Shown: positions 13,007-26,593, numbered from the whole stretch's first letter. The stretch: DNA of 63,972 nt, filler included, from Neolecta irregularis DAH-3 (GCA_001929475.1; 4 parts of 4 records of this genome joined end to end with filler, not necessarily neighbours in it), one strand, 5' to 3'. Translations and numbers: made by a program. The notes: generated by a model from the sequence alone, not told the origin.

Positions 13007-14245
13007 GTTCCTTCCACAAAATTTTGTTTTCAGCGGGTGTTCCAACAGTAATTCGTAAACATCCATTGCAATGTATTTCATTTCCTCGAAAACGTACGAC
13101 GATTCCACGATGTTCGGCTAATTCTCGGTATACCCGCATAGCAATATCATTACTTGGAGTTCCATTTTTTCTGTCTAGGATCTCGACAAGGATGAAATTC
13201 CCATCTAAACCGCCGAGAATTCTACCCAAGCCATCGTGCCTATTCATTAAATTGAGCAGGTTACTCCGTTCAGCGATAAGTAGCAAGAGATGTCTTCTCA
13301 TCTTTTCAATACCGGCTTTGGAAAGACATTCCAATGCGAGTTGGGAAGTCGGTGTGGAAATGTTATATGGAGCTTTCATTGAATTGAGAAGGGTGGCTAT
13401 TGGAGGGGATGTAAACGCTGCCCCGAGCCTCTCCATCAGTCATTTTCATGAAAAATCAGTGAAATACCGTATCCCAGCCATTCCAAACGCTTTCGAAAGT
13501 GTTTGTAGGACAACTAGATTAGGGTACAAAGGTACAAGTGTCGCTTGTGATGAACCATCCGGTGAAAAATCCACATATGCTTCATCGAGAATAACTACGC
13601 CGTTCCAATTATCACACTCAAGAATTGATTTTACAGCTTCCGAATCGATAAGTCGTCCGGTTGGGTTTCCAGGCGAGCATAAATAGATGAGCTTTATATG
13701 ATTATTGGAAAGATGCGAGAGGACCTAGGACTCTTGAGGAACTCGTGGAGAGAAAAAGGAATATACAGCTTTAATATCTATCGAGAAGTCTGGATTTAGA
13801 GGAACATTGACAACTTTGATGTCGTTGATAGCAGCGCATACGCTATACATTCCATAAGTAGGTGGACAAATAAGTATCTTGTCTTTTCCAGGGGTGCAAA
13901 ACACTCTCATCAACGCATCGATTGCTTCATCGGAACCAACACCTAAGAACAGGTTTTCCGGGGAAAGAGTCCCTTTGGAACCATTTCTCAAGGCGCATAA
14001 TCGCTCTTTGACTGCAAGTTGGTGTGGATCGGGGTATCTGTGCAATTCCGACAGGTATGATGAGGATATGGAAGTATCGATAGCCGGGCCATGGGCGTTT
14101 TCGTTTGCATCAAGAAGAATCCCTTTGAAATAGTCGCTCGAGATCAGATGTATCCGAGAAGGAACTGATACTCTCTAGCGCATCGGTATGGTGTCAAAGT
14201 GAGAATATTTGGCCTTGCGCAGGTTTCAAGATTGAAGGGGGTCAT
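13007..14245 (-). CDS. HIS5: Histidinol-phosphate aminotransferase, 3' end lost in a gap
   Basis: YRCARDD..GILLDANENAHGP, RYPDP, GVGSDEAID, CSPGNPTG, DEAYVDF, TLSKAFGMAG, LRITVG. Confidence 0.93.
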
Positions 14246-14444
14246 GTTCAAAGTGTTTTTGATTGGAGATCACGCTTAGGATAACAGTCGAGTAGAATAT
14301 ACAGTAGCCTCTTTTCCTTGTAGGGCTACAAAGAACACATGTCTACTAACCTAAAAAAACACTATCCACTGCAACAGTATGGCATACAAGGGCGGAGCAT
14401 AACAAACAAGAAAGAGTCAAAACACCATCCCGGAATTTCACAGT

Positions 14445-14933
14445 TTAAGAGCGCTCGCCACGAAGTCTTCGTGCCAATTGCATATCCTTTGGCTGGATAG
14501 TGACTCGTTTGCCATGAATGGCGCACAAGTTAGTGTCTAGGGGTGAGATTTGTGCAAAAGGATAACGGATACCTTCAAAGAGAGAGACAAGGTAAGCTTC
14601 AACGGCTTCTTGAAGAGCACCAATAGCCGAAGATTGGAATCGGAGATCGGTCTTAAAGTCTTGAGCAATCTCTCGAACAAGTCGCTGGAAGGGCAATTTT
14701 CGAATAAGCAATTCGGTAGATTTTTGGTATCGTCGGATCTCTCGAAGAGCAACAGTACCGGGGCGGTATCTGTGGGGCTTCTTAACACCTCCGGTCGCTG
14801 GGGCGGACTTTCGCGCAGCTTTGGACGCGAGTTGTTTTCGCGGGGCTTTGCCACCAGTAGACTTTCGTGCAGTTTGCTACAGAAGAGTGAGCATACGAGC
14901 CGACGCCTGCCTGGATACCTTAGTTCGGGCCAT
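14445..14933 (-). CDS. HHT1: Histone H3
   Basis: [24 protein letters not shown]...[25 protein letters not shown]...[23 protein letters not shown]; two introns. Confidence 0.97.
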
Positions 14934-15498
14934 GTATGCTGTTGTTGGGTTGAAGAAAGTGGTGTGATGGGTGGCAGGGGATGAATGGAAAAAAAGTGGG
15001 CGAGCGCGTCTATTTATGAGATGGGTGGAGTGGAGCGATCAAAGTCCCCTAATTGATGTAAAATGGATTTAGTGGCAATATTACGTGTGGGGGCTGCCTC
15101 TCTAAAATATGTGGAAAAGTCAGGCGAGTGGGCGCAGATTCCAGCGCGAGTTGTCGTCGTTTTTTGCTGCGCAACGTTTGCCCGTGCTGGCATGGCTGCG
15201 CTGTCTCAGCCCCAAACCTCACCACCAAAATGACATTTTGTCCTCCTTCTATTGTACTCTTGCTCTAGCTTGTATACCCCGACGCCTTTTTCTGAACAAT
15301 CATTCTCTAAACCCCCATGCATAAGATGACCTGTTGTGATACGTTTATTTCGGAGCAAAGTTTTATGAGGTTGAAACCCGAGCCAGATCAATATCGTATG
15401 ATGTACTGTGTATCTGCTTCTAGTAGGAACGAGCATGGTCAAGGCCACCAAAAAAATGAACATGAACATAAATCTGCAAGACCATATCAATATTATAT

Positions 15499-16079
15499 TT
15501 ACTCTCTCACACTCCAATCTCCACTCTTTCCCCCGACCTTTTTGATAACTTTGATGTCTGAGATGTGCATATTTTTATCCACAGCCTTACACATGTCATA
15601 GACAGTTAGGCATGCAGCAGTCACTGCTGTCAAAGCTTCCATTTCTACACCTGTGGCCCCCTGGCATTCCACGGAAGCTTCGACATCCACACATTTGTCC
15701 TGAAGAAACAAGCAAACTGAGACACTTGACAGTGTGATATTGTGACATAAGGGAATAATATCAGCGGTTCTTTTAGAGGCCATTATTCCGGCAACTCGCG
15801 CGGTCGCTAGGACGTCGCCCTTGTTAATCAAGTTTGAACGAATGAGATCTGCGACGACGGGATCAGAGAATATAACTTTGCCCTTAGCGATTGAGAGCCG
15901 ATTTGTGGGACTTTTGGAGGTAATTGCCACCATGTGTACTGCTCCATTTTCGTCAAGGTGGGTTAAATCCTTTTTTTTAGAGGATGTTGAATGTACTCGC
16001 AAACCGAGTGTTGAAATTGAGGATAAAGTATTCGTCCATGGAAGAAGCCTTGAACCGTTGGGTTTCATTGTCATATTAC
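15499..16079 (-). CDS. MOCS1B: MoaC/MOCS1B cPMP synthase (second cistron or fusion exon of the MOCS1-like locus)
   Basis: LTHLDENGAVHMV, KGDVLATARVAGIMASKRT..IPLCH, TGVEMEAL, YDMCKAVD, KVGGKSG. Confidence 0.93.
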
Positions 16080-16119
16080 CTATAACATTAGTCAAAATCT
16101 TTCCGCAAAAGCATACCGT

Positions 16120-17334
16120 TTACCCACCTATCAAGATCATCGGTCTATTCTTCATATTTTCCAACATTCCTATGCCCGCATGTTCTTTCTTCTTCCTTTT
16201 AACTGCCATCCCAATAACTTCAAGCATCTCATTGTCGGAACAACCGCTTCTTATCATATCCCTTAGTGAAACTTCAGCGTTTCCGAATAAACAGACTTTT
16301 AAATTCCCGTCCGACGTAAGTCGTAGACGATTACATGTTCCGCAAAACTTGTGTGTCATGGATGTGATGAATCCAATCCTTCCGGTGTGACCATTAATTT
16401 TGTAGGTTTTCGAGGTGTCATTCATATCATCACTGTCTTTATGCAGGGAGGGATGTTGCTGGCGGATAATCGATAGCATCGATTGATACGATACCATTTT
16501 TTCGGTTTTCCACTGATTTCCTGCCATAAGCGCGGAAATTTAAGAGAGGGTACCATCAAAAGGCATATACTCGATAAAACGGACATGTAGAGGTTTGTCT
16601 TTAGTCATGTCTACGAAGTCGAGGATTTCATTGTCATTAAGATTTTTTATAACGACGCAATTGATTTTGAGAGGATGAATTCCAAGATTTAGCGCTTGAT
16701 CGATTGATCTCAAGACATGTGACAATCCTAATAGCTTAGTGGTTTCTAGAGTTTGCGTATTTGCACCATTTTTGCGCGAGATCAACTGATACTTGAATGG
16801 ATCCAGAGTATCCAAGGACAGATTCAAATGAGTCAATCCAGCATCGATGAGCGCAGGAAGCTTCCGGTTTAATGCAATTCCATTGCTTGTCATAGCAATC
16901 TCCTTCAACCCGTCTTGCCGAAGATCCCCTAGTTGCTGAACCAATTGAATTATATCCTTCCGTACAGTAGGTTCTCCACCAGTAAGACGAATTTTGGAGA
17001 CTCCCTGGCCGACAAAAAGCCTTGCCAATTTTAGAATCTCTGGGGTTGTGAGTAAATCATCAGAGGGCGAGAGCTGGACGCCTTCCTCAGGCATGCAGTA
17101 TGTACAGCGAAGATTGCACTTTTCTGTGATGCTTATTCGTAGATAAGTGTGCTGGCGAGCGAAACCATCCGTCAAAAAATCCGAAAATGGGCGTGCATTG
17201 CTGATCGCAGATGGAACAGAAAACTGTCGGACAAAACGTCGGAATAAATTCGTCCTATCCGCAGCGCACTGTAAGGATATCGTCCTAGAAAGCAGGAGCA
17301 TTTGAGCGGTAGTCGTAGCTAGACAGCGGGGCAT
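16120..17334 (-). CDS. MOCS1A: MoaA/MOCS1A radical-SAM GTP 3',8-cyclase
   Basis: [44 protein letters not shown]-terminal MILIGG*; mitochondrial-like presequence; two introns. Confidence 0.95.
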
Positions 17335-17449
17335 TTGGGGGCGACTGTGTGAACACAGAAAAAAAAGTGGCGACATGACGAAATGGATCAATAGATACAT
17401 CACACATGTATCTACTCTATCTACTATTTATACAAGTCATAATAATATT

Positions 17450-19652
17450 CTATGTAGCTTCGACCATCTCTCTTTTCCTCTTTTGTTTTTCAGCTTGGTC
17501 TTCACTCCCCGCAGTCAGCAAGCTCTGTGACATAGAAGATGTATCGTGCTTCAAGATCTCTCTCAAAGCCATCGTGGCATACTGCGACTGCGCAAGAGCA
17601 AGTTGAACCTTGACCGCCATGAATTGTCCATCTGATAAAATTAGCAAAAGGTGAGCAAGTACGACTAACTACCCTCAACAATCCCGTCTGGTTTCCGGTT
17701 TTCAAGAATGTCCGCATCAGTAGGTACTAACTGTTTCTCAGTATCGTTGTACCGCAGGATATCCCAATCAACGTGGAATGCTCGTGTTACAATATTCCGA
17801 TAACTGCCCATCAACGAGCATTCCTTGATCGGTCTTCGCATGCTAAACGGATCCAGCTCATCTTTCTTCATTATTTCGACATATGCATCCCGAATTTCAT
17901 TATCTGGATAGATAATATCGAAGCCAGGAAGTGGTAAAACCACATCGTATATCGTATACGAATGTAATTCTTCTTCGCTAAGAGGTCGTGCTCGAGTCAC
18001 TTCTTTCATCGGCTGAATGTTTGTACTAAATTCTGGCGCTTCAGGATCAAATGGATCAGCATCTTGTTCGGCTTGCTCTTGAGATGTAATCAGGACAAGA
18101 TCACCTTTAACAGGCTTCATTCCGTAAACTCTCAAACGTTCGGATACAACTCTATTCCATACTAGCGATTGGTACGCATGAAGATATATTAAACGCAGAT
18201 TTCGAGGTATCTAGAATCAGTAATGATAGTCAAAAGAATTATACCGATTGAAAAGCAGTCGTCCATGCTGTGTGCCCGCCTTTAGCTAAAGTCCGAAGAA
18301 TGGAACATTCCGCAACGCATCTCCTCGGCATCAGTTTCAATGCTTCGCCCGCATTTTTAGTCTGAGACCAAATCTTTCTCGCTTCTAGTGAATCCGATCT
18401 GATTGTTTCTCGCTCTGTTAAGATAAGGTCAATGGCAGCCTCCCAGTCGACTTGTAAAACCGCTCGACCAATTTCATAGGTGCCAATTGACGAAGTACCG
18501 AACCTCTGCATTCCGTAGTAATTCACAAAACCATCTTCGCGAAGATTTTTCAGAGCTAGATGAATAGCTTCTTCTGAAGGTGCTTTTACATTTCTGCTAG
18601 ATCAGACCAACGGAAGATAGGACGAATGCCTAAGAACGATAGTAAATTCATTGCCCGAAAGATCCCCAAGCTGAAGCCCATTATTCGAATAACTGAAATT
18701 TCCAACCTTGACACCTCGGAGGTTTTTCGTCAAAGGTTCAATTCGCTCTGCTCGAATTTTGTGAGCGGAAACTCGTTGTACAGTAACCGCTCTGCGATCT
18801 TTTGTTCCAGCATATCCAAAATTTCGAGTATGCGTGCCAATTGCTTTTGAAAAGTTGCTGATCACTTCCATTGTATCTCTGTTTTCTTTATATAGCGAAA
18901 ATTGACAGTATACACCGCCAAGCTCAGCCCACGAAAGACTCTTTTGTAGTCGTCTGTTATCTTTTCCGTTAAGAATTTATTCAGATGATGACTTACTTTT
19001 CCCTTGATTCCAACTAATTCGGATACGAGCATCATCAGTCATTGTAGTCTCGAGTTTGTTGTTGAAAACTTTTCGCATGGTTTTGTGAAACTTTGTCCGA
19101 GCTTCCTTTTTGTCAATTTCCTGGAAATTGATACTTGATAGTGTAGGAATTTATACCACTGTAAACACTTCTTTAGGTTCTTTCCCATGCGTAACGAATA
19201 ACGCTTCAACGCTGGCGAAAACTTTTTCGCCGAGTAACTCTTCAACCATTTTTCGATCTTCTTCAGTGATCTAACAGCTCAGAATTACTATTAGAAAGAC
19301 ATTTTGCCTCGTGCTCTTTCAGTTTCTTATCAAATCCATTTTGTTCCGGTTCTTTCCTCGGCAAAAATAATTCTGGTTTTCCAATCTCTGTCAAATGTAT
19401 GACATTGCCGTGCTCGTCAACTTCGTTCACAAGAAAATCCGTATATCTAGTGCTTGTTTTAGCTATGTAGCAGCATAATGGTTTCTACCGTTGCTTGATA
19501 ATGCCACTGAATCCTAAGGCTTCGGGATGGATGAATTCCGTTATACCAACAGAATCTTCGGTGAGTGTATACACATCTTCTATGGCAGCTGACGGCACAG
19601 TGGATCCATCAAGATATACTTTTTGTTTCTTCTTCGGCGGTTCAGTGGCCAT
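17450..19652 (-). CDS. PUS7: Pseudouridine synthase 7 (TruD family)
   Basis: GIIKQRYTDFLVNE, AGTKDRRAVTVQ, GNEFTIVLR, NYYGMQRFG, YLHAYQS, GSYR, YATMALRE. Confidence 0.93.
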
Positions 19653-19758
19653 TCAATGTAAACCCCACCTAAATTGAGGTTGTGAGGTTAGAGGAGCTCT
19701 CCTGGGCCTTTCAACTTCCCCTTGTCTCACCAGCCCCATTCATATCCTTCAAATTTAA

Positions 19759-21064
19759 ATGGCGGTATGAACCTTTTGAATGGAAATCTCTGAATAGTAC
19801 TAGCATGTTGGAGCAAAGGCGCCTAGACTACTGTTAATGGGGCTCAGAAGGTTGTTTCACCGGTACACTCCAGTGTTGATATTGTGCCAGGAGCGGAAAA
19901 TCGAGTATACAGAAAGTGGTGTGCTGATTCTTTATCCGCAGATGTTTATCTGCATAGGTCTTTCAAAAAATGCCTCCACAAGACACATTGTACCTAGGGA
20001 CTTCCGCGGCTGAACCACGAGAAAGCATCGGGTAAGTATTTTGCGTTTCATCAACTCGCTCATTCTGAAGCTCATTCGTTGATGTTCAAGTGTTGGATTT
20101 CCCGAGTCAGCTGGACTTTTTTGACTCGGAGTGGGATTTTGAGGGAGTTTTGAGGGATATCGGCGCCTTGATATTTGTCATTGATGCTCAGGTACAACCA
20201 AAATATCTGTTCAATTCAAGTTGAGCTTCGCAGGATGAATATCTCGAAGCTCTCTCTGCATTACATGTCACAATAATGAAAGTTTTGCGGATGAACCCGG
20301 GAATGCTAATTGAAATATTTGTGCACAAGGTGGATGGGCTTTCGGATGATTATCGAATAGGTTCGTTTCTGTAGGAGCGTGTTGGCTCAAGTTAGATACG
20401 CAACGAGATATCCAGCAACGAACTCTGGACGAGTTGGCTGATGCTGGAATAGATGGTGTTACTATATCCTTCCATTTGACTTCAATATTCGATCACTCCA
20501 TATTCGAGGCATTTTCCAAAGTCATCCAGAAACTCATACCTCAACTGCCCACACTCGAAAATTTGCTGAATATCTTGTGCTCAGTAAGACATATGAATTC
20601 ATGCGGCTTATAACTAGAATTCTGGAATTGAGAAAGCCTTTCTTTTTGACGTTGTTTCCAAGATATATATCGCGACAGATAGTTCCCCCGTCGACGTTCA
20701 GTCATATGAAATTTGTGCTGATTTTATTGATGTAATCTATGATATTTCGTCAATATATAGGTATCCTCCTGACAAGGGCGCCTTCTCACATGTGAAGCTT
20801 TGAAAGAACGAAACAAACAAATGGAGATAATGAGACAGGTGAAGAAGAAATATCATCTATTATGAAACTGAACAACGGCTTAGTGATCTATCTCCGAGCA
20901 ATCGACAAGTATGTAACACTATTTGCGGAAGACTGACTATCAGATATCTGGTGCTGATCTGTCTTATGAGACACGAGAGTATGGAAAAACACGGCCTGGT
21001 AGATTACAATGTTCAGTGTTTCCAGGATGCAATCCAGGAATGCATGAAATATATCTCCGGCTAG
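19759..21064 (+). CDS. GTR2: Rag GTPase Gtr2/RagC, highly fragmented by introns (no ORF in the track)
   Basis: [84 protein letters not shown]. Confidence 0.9.
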
Positions 21065-21218
21065 AATAACTATGTGTAAGCATAGTTAATGTATAATATG
21101 AGGAATGCTTCTAATGACGATGGGCGGTATTAGTAAGCAGCCGCAATCTGAGTCTCATTATAACCGCCGAGGCAGATCGCGCTACGCTCTTTGCTAGTCG
21201 GTCCAAGCACTGGAAGCA

Positions 21219-22707
21219 ATGACCAAAGATGAAGAATTGCCAGTTTTCGTGGATACTGTCATCGTCGGTATGTCTTGCACTAGGCTCCTGTCTAATGTTG
21301 ATATACAGGAAGTGGTCCAGCTGCGTTGTTTCTTTCCTGGCTCCTTCATGGGTACATATTGTCAAAACTCTACCAGATATGCTCACAATCTAGCAATACG
21401 CCCTCCTACGTGGCCAGTTCGGTAGCAGGGCATCCAGATCCCGTTCTTCACGGAAAACTAGCGAATTTTCCCAACGACTCCTTATATCACGTGCTTCGAC
21501 ATTGTCCGGATCTGTTTTCCCATATATTTTCGAACCCAATATACTCAACCAAGGCTTTACCGATAAACGCCATGTTCGATGCCTTGTTAAGGCCAAATAT
21601 CGATGTTGATCCGTCGACCCACTCGCTGATCGAATTTCAAAACACCCCTTCAAACAAAGTTACCCATCTCGTGATTGGAGATTCACAATTTTCAGGTGGT
21701 CAATGGGTAGATAACGTTTCAAAGAAGGACTATGTTGCAGATTCGCAAGCTCTAAGGTTTATATCAGAGACTTTTGATCTTGTTAATATAATAGTTATGG
21801 AGAACTACTCTCATTGCCTGGTTTTTCGTTTTCTGAATGGCACAAGGCCAAACACGGGGCTGAATCTATTCTAGAACGCCCGTATTTCCGAGATGTCGCT
21901 GAATATTACTCGTCTTATCCCGAGAAAACTGGGATTGCAGATACACTGCGTCTGTCTACCAGAGTGACCCTTGTCCAACGTACACGAGAAGGTTTTGAAG
22001 TCCGTACACAATCCCGAGCCGAAGATGCCATAATCCATTGTCGCCACGTCGTTTTAGCATCTGGTTTATATTCCTCCACGATACCCGCATCTCCAGCATT
22101 GCAGCCCTACCTCCACGCCCGCTACACTTCAGATCCTGGTTTACCTATCATGGTTGTTGGTTCTGGCTTTTCTGCAGCAGACGCTATCAAGGAGAACATC
22201 TCTCATCGGCCCGTTATCCATCTATACCACTGGCACCCAGAAGCGTCATCACCACTAAAGTATTGCCACCCTCAAGCGTATCCAGATTACGCCCAGGTAT
22301 ACCGACAAATGAAATTATCTGCTGCTTCGGGCCAGCCAAGTGGAAACTATGAAGGTCTTCCGAATTCTCTGATTAAGTATGTTAAACACCTCGACAATGG
22401 GGAACTCGAACTCTGCGTCTCAACGTCTCACGGTGATATCACTCGTAGAATCGGACAAATCGGTATATACATAGGTCGTCGAGGGAAACTTGACTACCTA
22501 TCAGAAGACCTGATGGGGGAAATCGGGTTAAACAACGAATGGTTACAAAACGACGGTCTCCGTCGATATGTAAAGGGAGATTTGGTGGGATTTCATGTCG
22601 CAGAAAAAGTTTGGGCTATTGGTTCGGTCATGGGAGATTCCTTGGTAAGGCAATCCATGGGGGGAGTCATTGCATGTGCCGCAGATATCTTGCACGATAT
22701 TTCGTGA
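21219..22707 (+). CDS. OSGIN1/2-like FAD-dependent oxidoreductase
   Basis: VDTVIVG|SGPAA..LSWLLHG..P...HPDP.LH, GGQW, VVLASG, VVGSGFSAADA, WAIGSVMGD. Confidence 0.7.
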
Positions 22708-22951
22708 GCTTCTCAGGTGGAAAATTTGAGAAATTATTTTTGTTGCTTTATGTGATCGAGTTACTCAGATATGCATGGAAAAAGTTTGGATATTTTGATT
22801 CTTAAGACGAGCAGTGATCCCTTCAAGGACCTTGATTTTTCTCAAACAAATAAGCGTGTAAAAGAACAACCAATGGCAGGTGCGCAACCGCTGGCAGTGA
22901 TTCATCAAGTATGCGGCTCTGTTTGTGAACAGCCACCTCCTCTCTGTCAAT

Positions 22952-23667
22952 ATGACTGATAATCTTCGTTATCGTGGTACTAAAACGAAGATTTCTACAT
23001 CTCAAGAACGTTCTCAATCCCCCCCGGTGAGCCCTAAAATTAGACTCTTTACCGTGATTATCAAAGGACTGGCCCTATTTATTATCGTCAATTTATCCCT
23101 TTCATATTTTATCACGGAAAACTTTACCTGGGGCTACTCTAATAAATACACAAACATCAATCGTCATATTCAGTTCTTCGTATTACAGCTTGTGCAGTAA
23201 TTCTTCTGACTTTCTGAAAGAAATCTCCCGTGGAACTCTCGGAAGCAGAATTGGCCAGATTTGACGGGTCAGATCCATCTCGCCCTATATATCTAGCTAT
23301 GGAGTATTATATCCAATCTTTGTCAACAATTTCATGTTATAGTGGCGAAGTCTACGACGTTTCATCGAGTAGGGCTACATATGGACCTGGAGGTTCATAT
23401 CACTTCTTCTCTGGAAAGGACGCTGCTCGAGCTTTCGTAACTGGCTGCTTCAAGCCCGACCATTTAATTCATGATTTGAGAGGGTTGAATGAAATAGAAT
23501 TGAAGGACCTTGAAGGGTGGAAGCGCTTTTACGCTGATCACGGAAAATATTTCAGGGTCGGGAAGGTATAAATGGGACGAATATTTGCTGATGATTAGGT
23601 GTATCATGAACCCCTTGATCCTAATTCAGAATTTCCTCCACCATGCAATGGAGCAAAGAAACCCTAG
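22952..23667 (+). CDS. Membrane-anchored cytochrome b5-like heme/steroid-binding protein (MAPR family)
   Basis: TM segment, then LARFDGSDPSRPIYLA..GEVYDVS...YGPGGSYHFFSGKDAARAFVTG...Y..VGKV. Confidence 0.88.
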
Positions 23668-24699
23668 AGATGAACCTTTTTCGTGGGCTTCAAGGGTTAA
23701 CCAATGCTGGTGGGCCATCAAGTACAAACACCGGATAATGATAAATTTTGTATCATGGCTTCACAAATACCTTTGTTTGTCAAATAAATTTATTAGGTTT
23801 ATTAGGATAATTTCCGAAGACTATCCCCTTGGAAAATTAGAAAATAGAAAACCCGGGAGCGGTGGAAGGCAGCACAGGAGTTTACCAGCCCCCCGGAAGA
23901 AGCAGTAAATAGTTAATTGAAAGGCAGAAAGGTGATATCCGTCCTGGATCCGGTCAAGGAGTGAAAGGGACGGGTGATTGAAGTGAGGGACTTGGCATTG
24001 AAATTTGGGTTGCAAATGCAATATCTCGCCGGCGTTGCCACATATTGATAACCAAAACACCAATACATGAAGTTCTTTCTATGTATCTCTTGATACTAAT
24101 TTTCGTTTCATGTTGTATGGATGCATGAGATATGACGCATGGGCCTCATTAAGGATTTATATGATGACTTTACAACTCGTGCTATTCATGGATCCGGAGA
24201 ACATGACAGGACGACAAACAATATTAGGCTCATATCGGGTTCAAAAATTGGATGCCATTCTTACTGAATGCGAATCTACTGATGCAAGCCTGCAGAACCT
24301 TGTGAAGTTTTGGAGTTAACGGAATGATTTTTCTTGTACGTTATTATCGAGCACATCACCCCAACTTTAGTTGAAAGATGACTCAATCCCAGAATTTCCT
24401 CCTCGCCTAATGACAGGACAATAAACTCAAAAGTCATGACCAGTGGCGATTTAAGAATCTGTTCCTCTTGAATTTCTACTCTGGCTATTTTGATCCTAAT
24501 ACCCGCGAATACCAATAAGGAGTTCTAGAGGCTTGATATCATATACCTGAGGAACAGCATTAATAATTATAGGTATTTTTTTCTTCATCGGTTGCATACT
24601 CATAAGATATCGAGATGAGAGAAAAACACATCCACCTATTGATGATGAACAATAAATATTGGCCAACATACTCCTGATTCCTTAATGGCGAATGAAAAC

Positions 24700-26593
24700 T
24701 TAAAGCAGCTCATGATCACCGCTAATCCATCGATTGAACATTTCCAACGATGACTCGGGCTAGTTCAGTCAGCAGTACGTATTGTCATCTATGGACATAC
24801 CTGATCATAAGGAACCATATGCCCGGCATGGTGAAGTTTCAAGAATGTGAAATTACCAAAACTCTTGACCTGTCCCCATTCGTGCTTACCTCCAAAGCTT
24901 TGAAGTTTCTTTTGATTAAAATTGGATTTTCCAGGCCAATCGAGGGCTTCAGTCCAGGCGAGATTACCCATCCAGCTGAATGTTTAGCAATCATTCAATA
25001 ACGAGGATGCATGCTTGCAGATGAAGTCGGCGTCACCACTGTAAATCATAACTGGAATTCCTGCTAAGAGTAGCTGAGGGACTGCAAGATGGTATGGCTT
25101 CATCCAGTCACCTTTGAGTAAAAAGCTTAAAGTCCTTAGCAGGTACGAGAAAAGAATAGTACTTTCTGTTAACATTCGAGTTGCAGCTTAAGTATTCTTC
25201 AACTTCAGCACCAACTGCTTCTTTGACATCTGGTCGATTGAGATATTTCGTTATAGAACCCATGATCGGGTAGCAAAGGTTCTCTTTGTCCTCGCAATTG
25301 CTCCGAATATCATAGATGTTCTTTCCGGTTTTCTGAAATGGGTCTAAAGATGAGCATAAGCCTTGATAAGAGGTATACTAAGCATGACATTGTTACAATA
25401 GATACTAGCAGGGACACAGGTCCAAAGAGACTGATAGTTATAGCAAGACTCAATAAGACTGGCACATCGCGGATACGAATCTCTCATAGACTGGCACTCG
25501 CTCTCGCTCAGTACTGGGGCATAGGAATTATTGCAAGCCATGTCAGGATACTTTTCAAATTGTGTCAAAGGATCTGTGAGGCCATTTCCAATGAGGACGG
25601 ATTTTAGATTGATTTTAGGGAGCAATTCGATATCAGATTGAGAAGCGGTCGAGTAGAATTCAGTCGACAATCCTTTCGTGTGTTCAATAAGATCTTTGGC
25701 GAAAACTAGATCATCAGACTACTTTGGTATACGATACTATACCTGGAATATAATGCCCTGCATAAGACTCCCCAGCAATATGAAATTCCTGATGGCTGTA
25801 TTCGGGAAATTGCTTGAAGAATAATGCGAGTAAGGCGTAAACATCTTTTCCAGCCGCTACAGTATCTGAAACACTCCCTTCCCCATACGAATATCCAACA
25901 TTGATAGGCTGATCAAGGAACATCATATTAGCGTTGTTGTTCCAGCTGAAAGGATTGGTAACTAGCTTGCTGCCGTCTTTATTAACTGTGGCAGGCCCAA
26001 GCTCCATGAATAGTCCCAACAGAGATGAACATCCGGGTCCACCGTTGAGCCACAAGACTACTGGATCATTTTTTGGGTCATTTCGAGATTCGAAAAACCA
26101 AAAGAAGAAATGCTTCTCCTTTGACACATCAAGATAACCCGAGTACTGTGAAGAGTTAGGCTCTTGGATTTTCGAGGAGTTATACTTGCTTGACCTTGTC
26201 AACACCCAAATTTGAGGGGGTTTTAATTCGCAGTTGATGATCCGGAAGGGCGGATGCAGTGGATATAGCATCCCAGCCGCCCTCCTTCTTGGTGGCCTTC
26301 TTCTCTGGCGTGGTCCATGTCAGCTCCGTGAAAGCAGTGGCATAGTTCTTGGAGACCCATTCCCAGTTATCCAATACTTCAGTGCTGAGTAGCTTCAAAG
26401 CCTCACGAGCTTGGTCCAAGTGAGCCCAGACAGAACCCCTGATGTTTTCAATAGAAGAGTGCGTGTCCTTTGTCGAACTGTGTAAATTCGAGTTAAGCCG
26501 GTCTTCCTGCTTGATAAAGGGCTCCTGTTTAGCAGCTACAGAACCAAGCAAGACAGCGAAAGCAATTGATGAAAGTACATTGCTGGGCCTCAT
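24700..26593 (-). CDS. PRC1: Carboxypeptidase Y (serine carboxypeptidase S10)
   Basis: Signal peptide and propeptide, [40 protein letters not shown]. Confidence 0.95.

Noticed and set aside
12031-13686. Many long overlapping ORFs on both strands
   Set aside because: They are shadows of high GC content or antisense frames of the UBC and HIS5 genes, with no independent motifs.
23700-24690. Long spacer with short ORFs (similarly 54850-55560)
   Set aside because: No recognisable protein, RNA gene or repeat structure by eye; it needs a database search.
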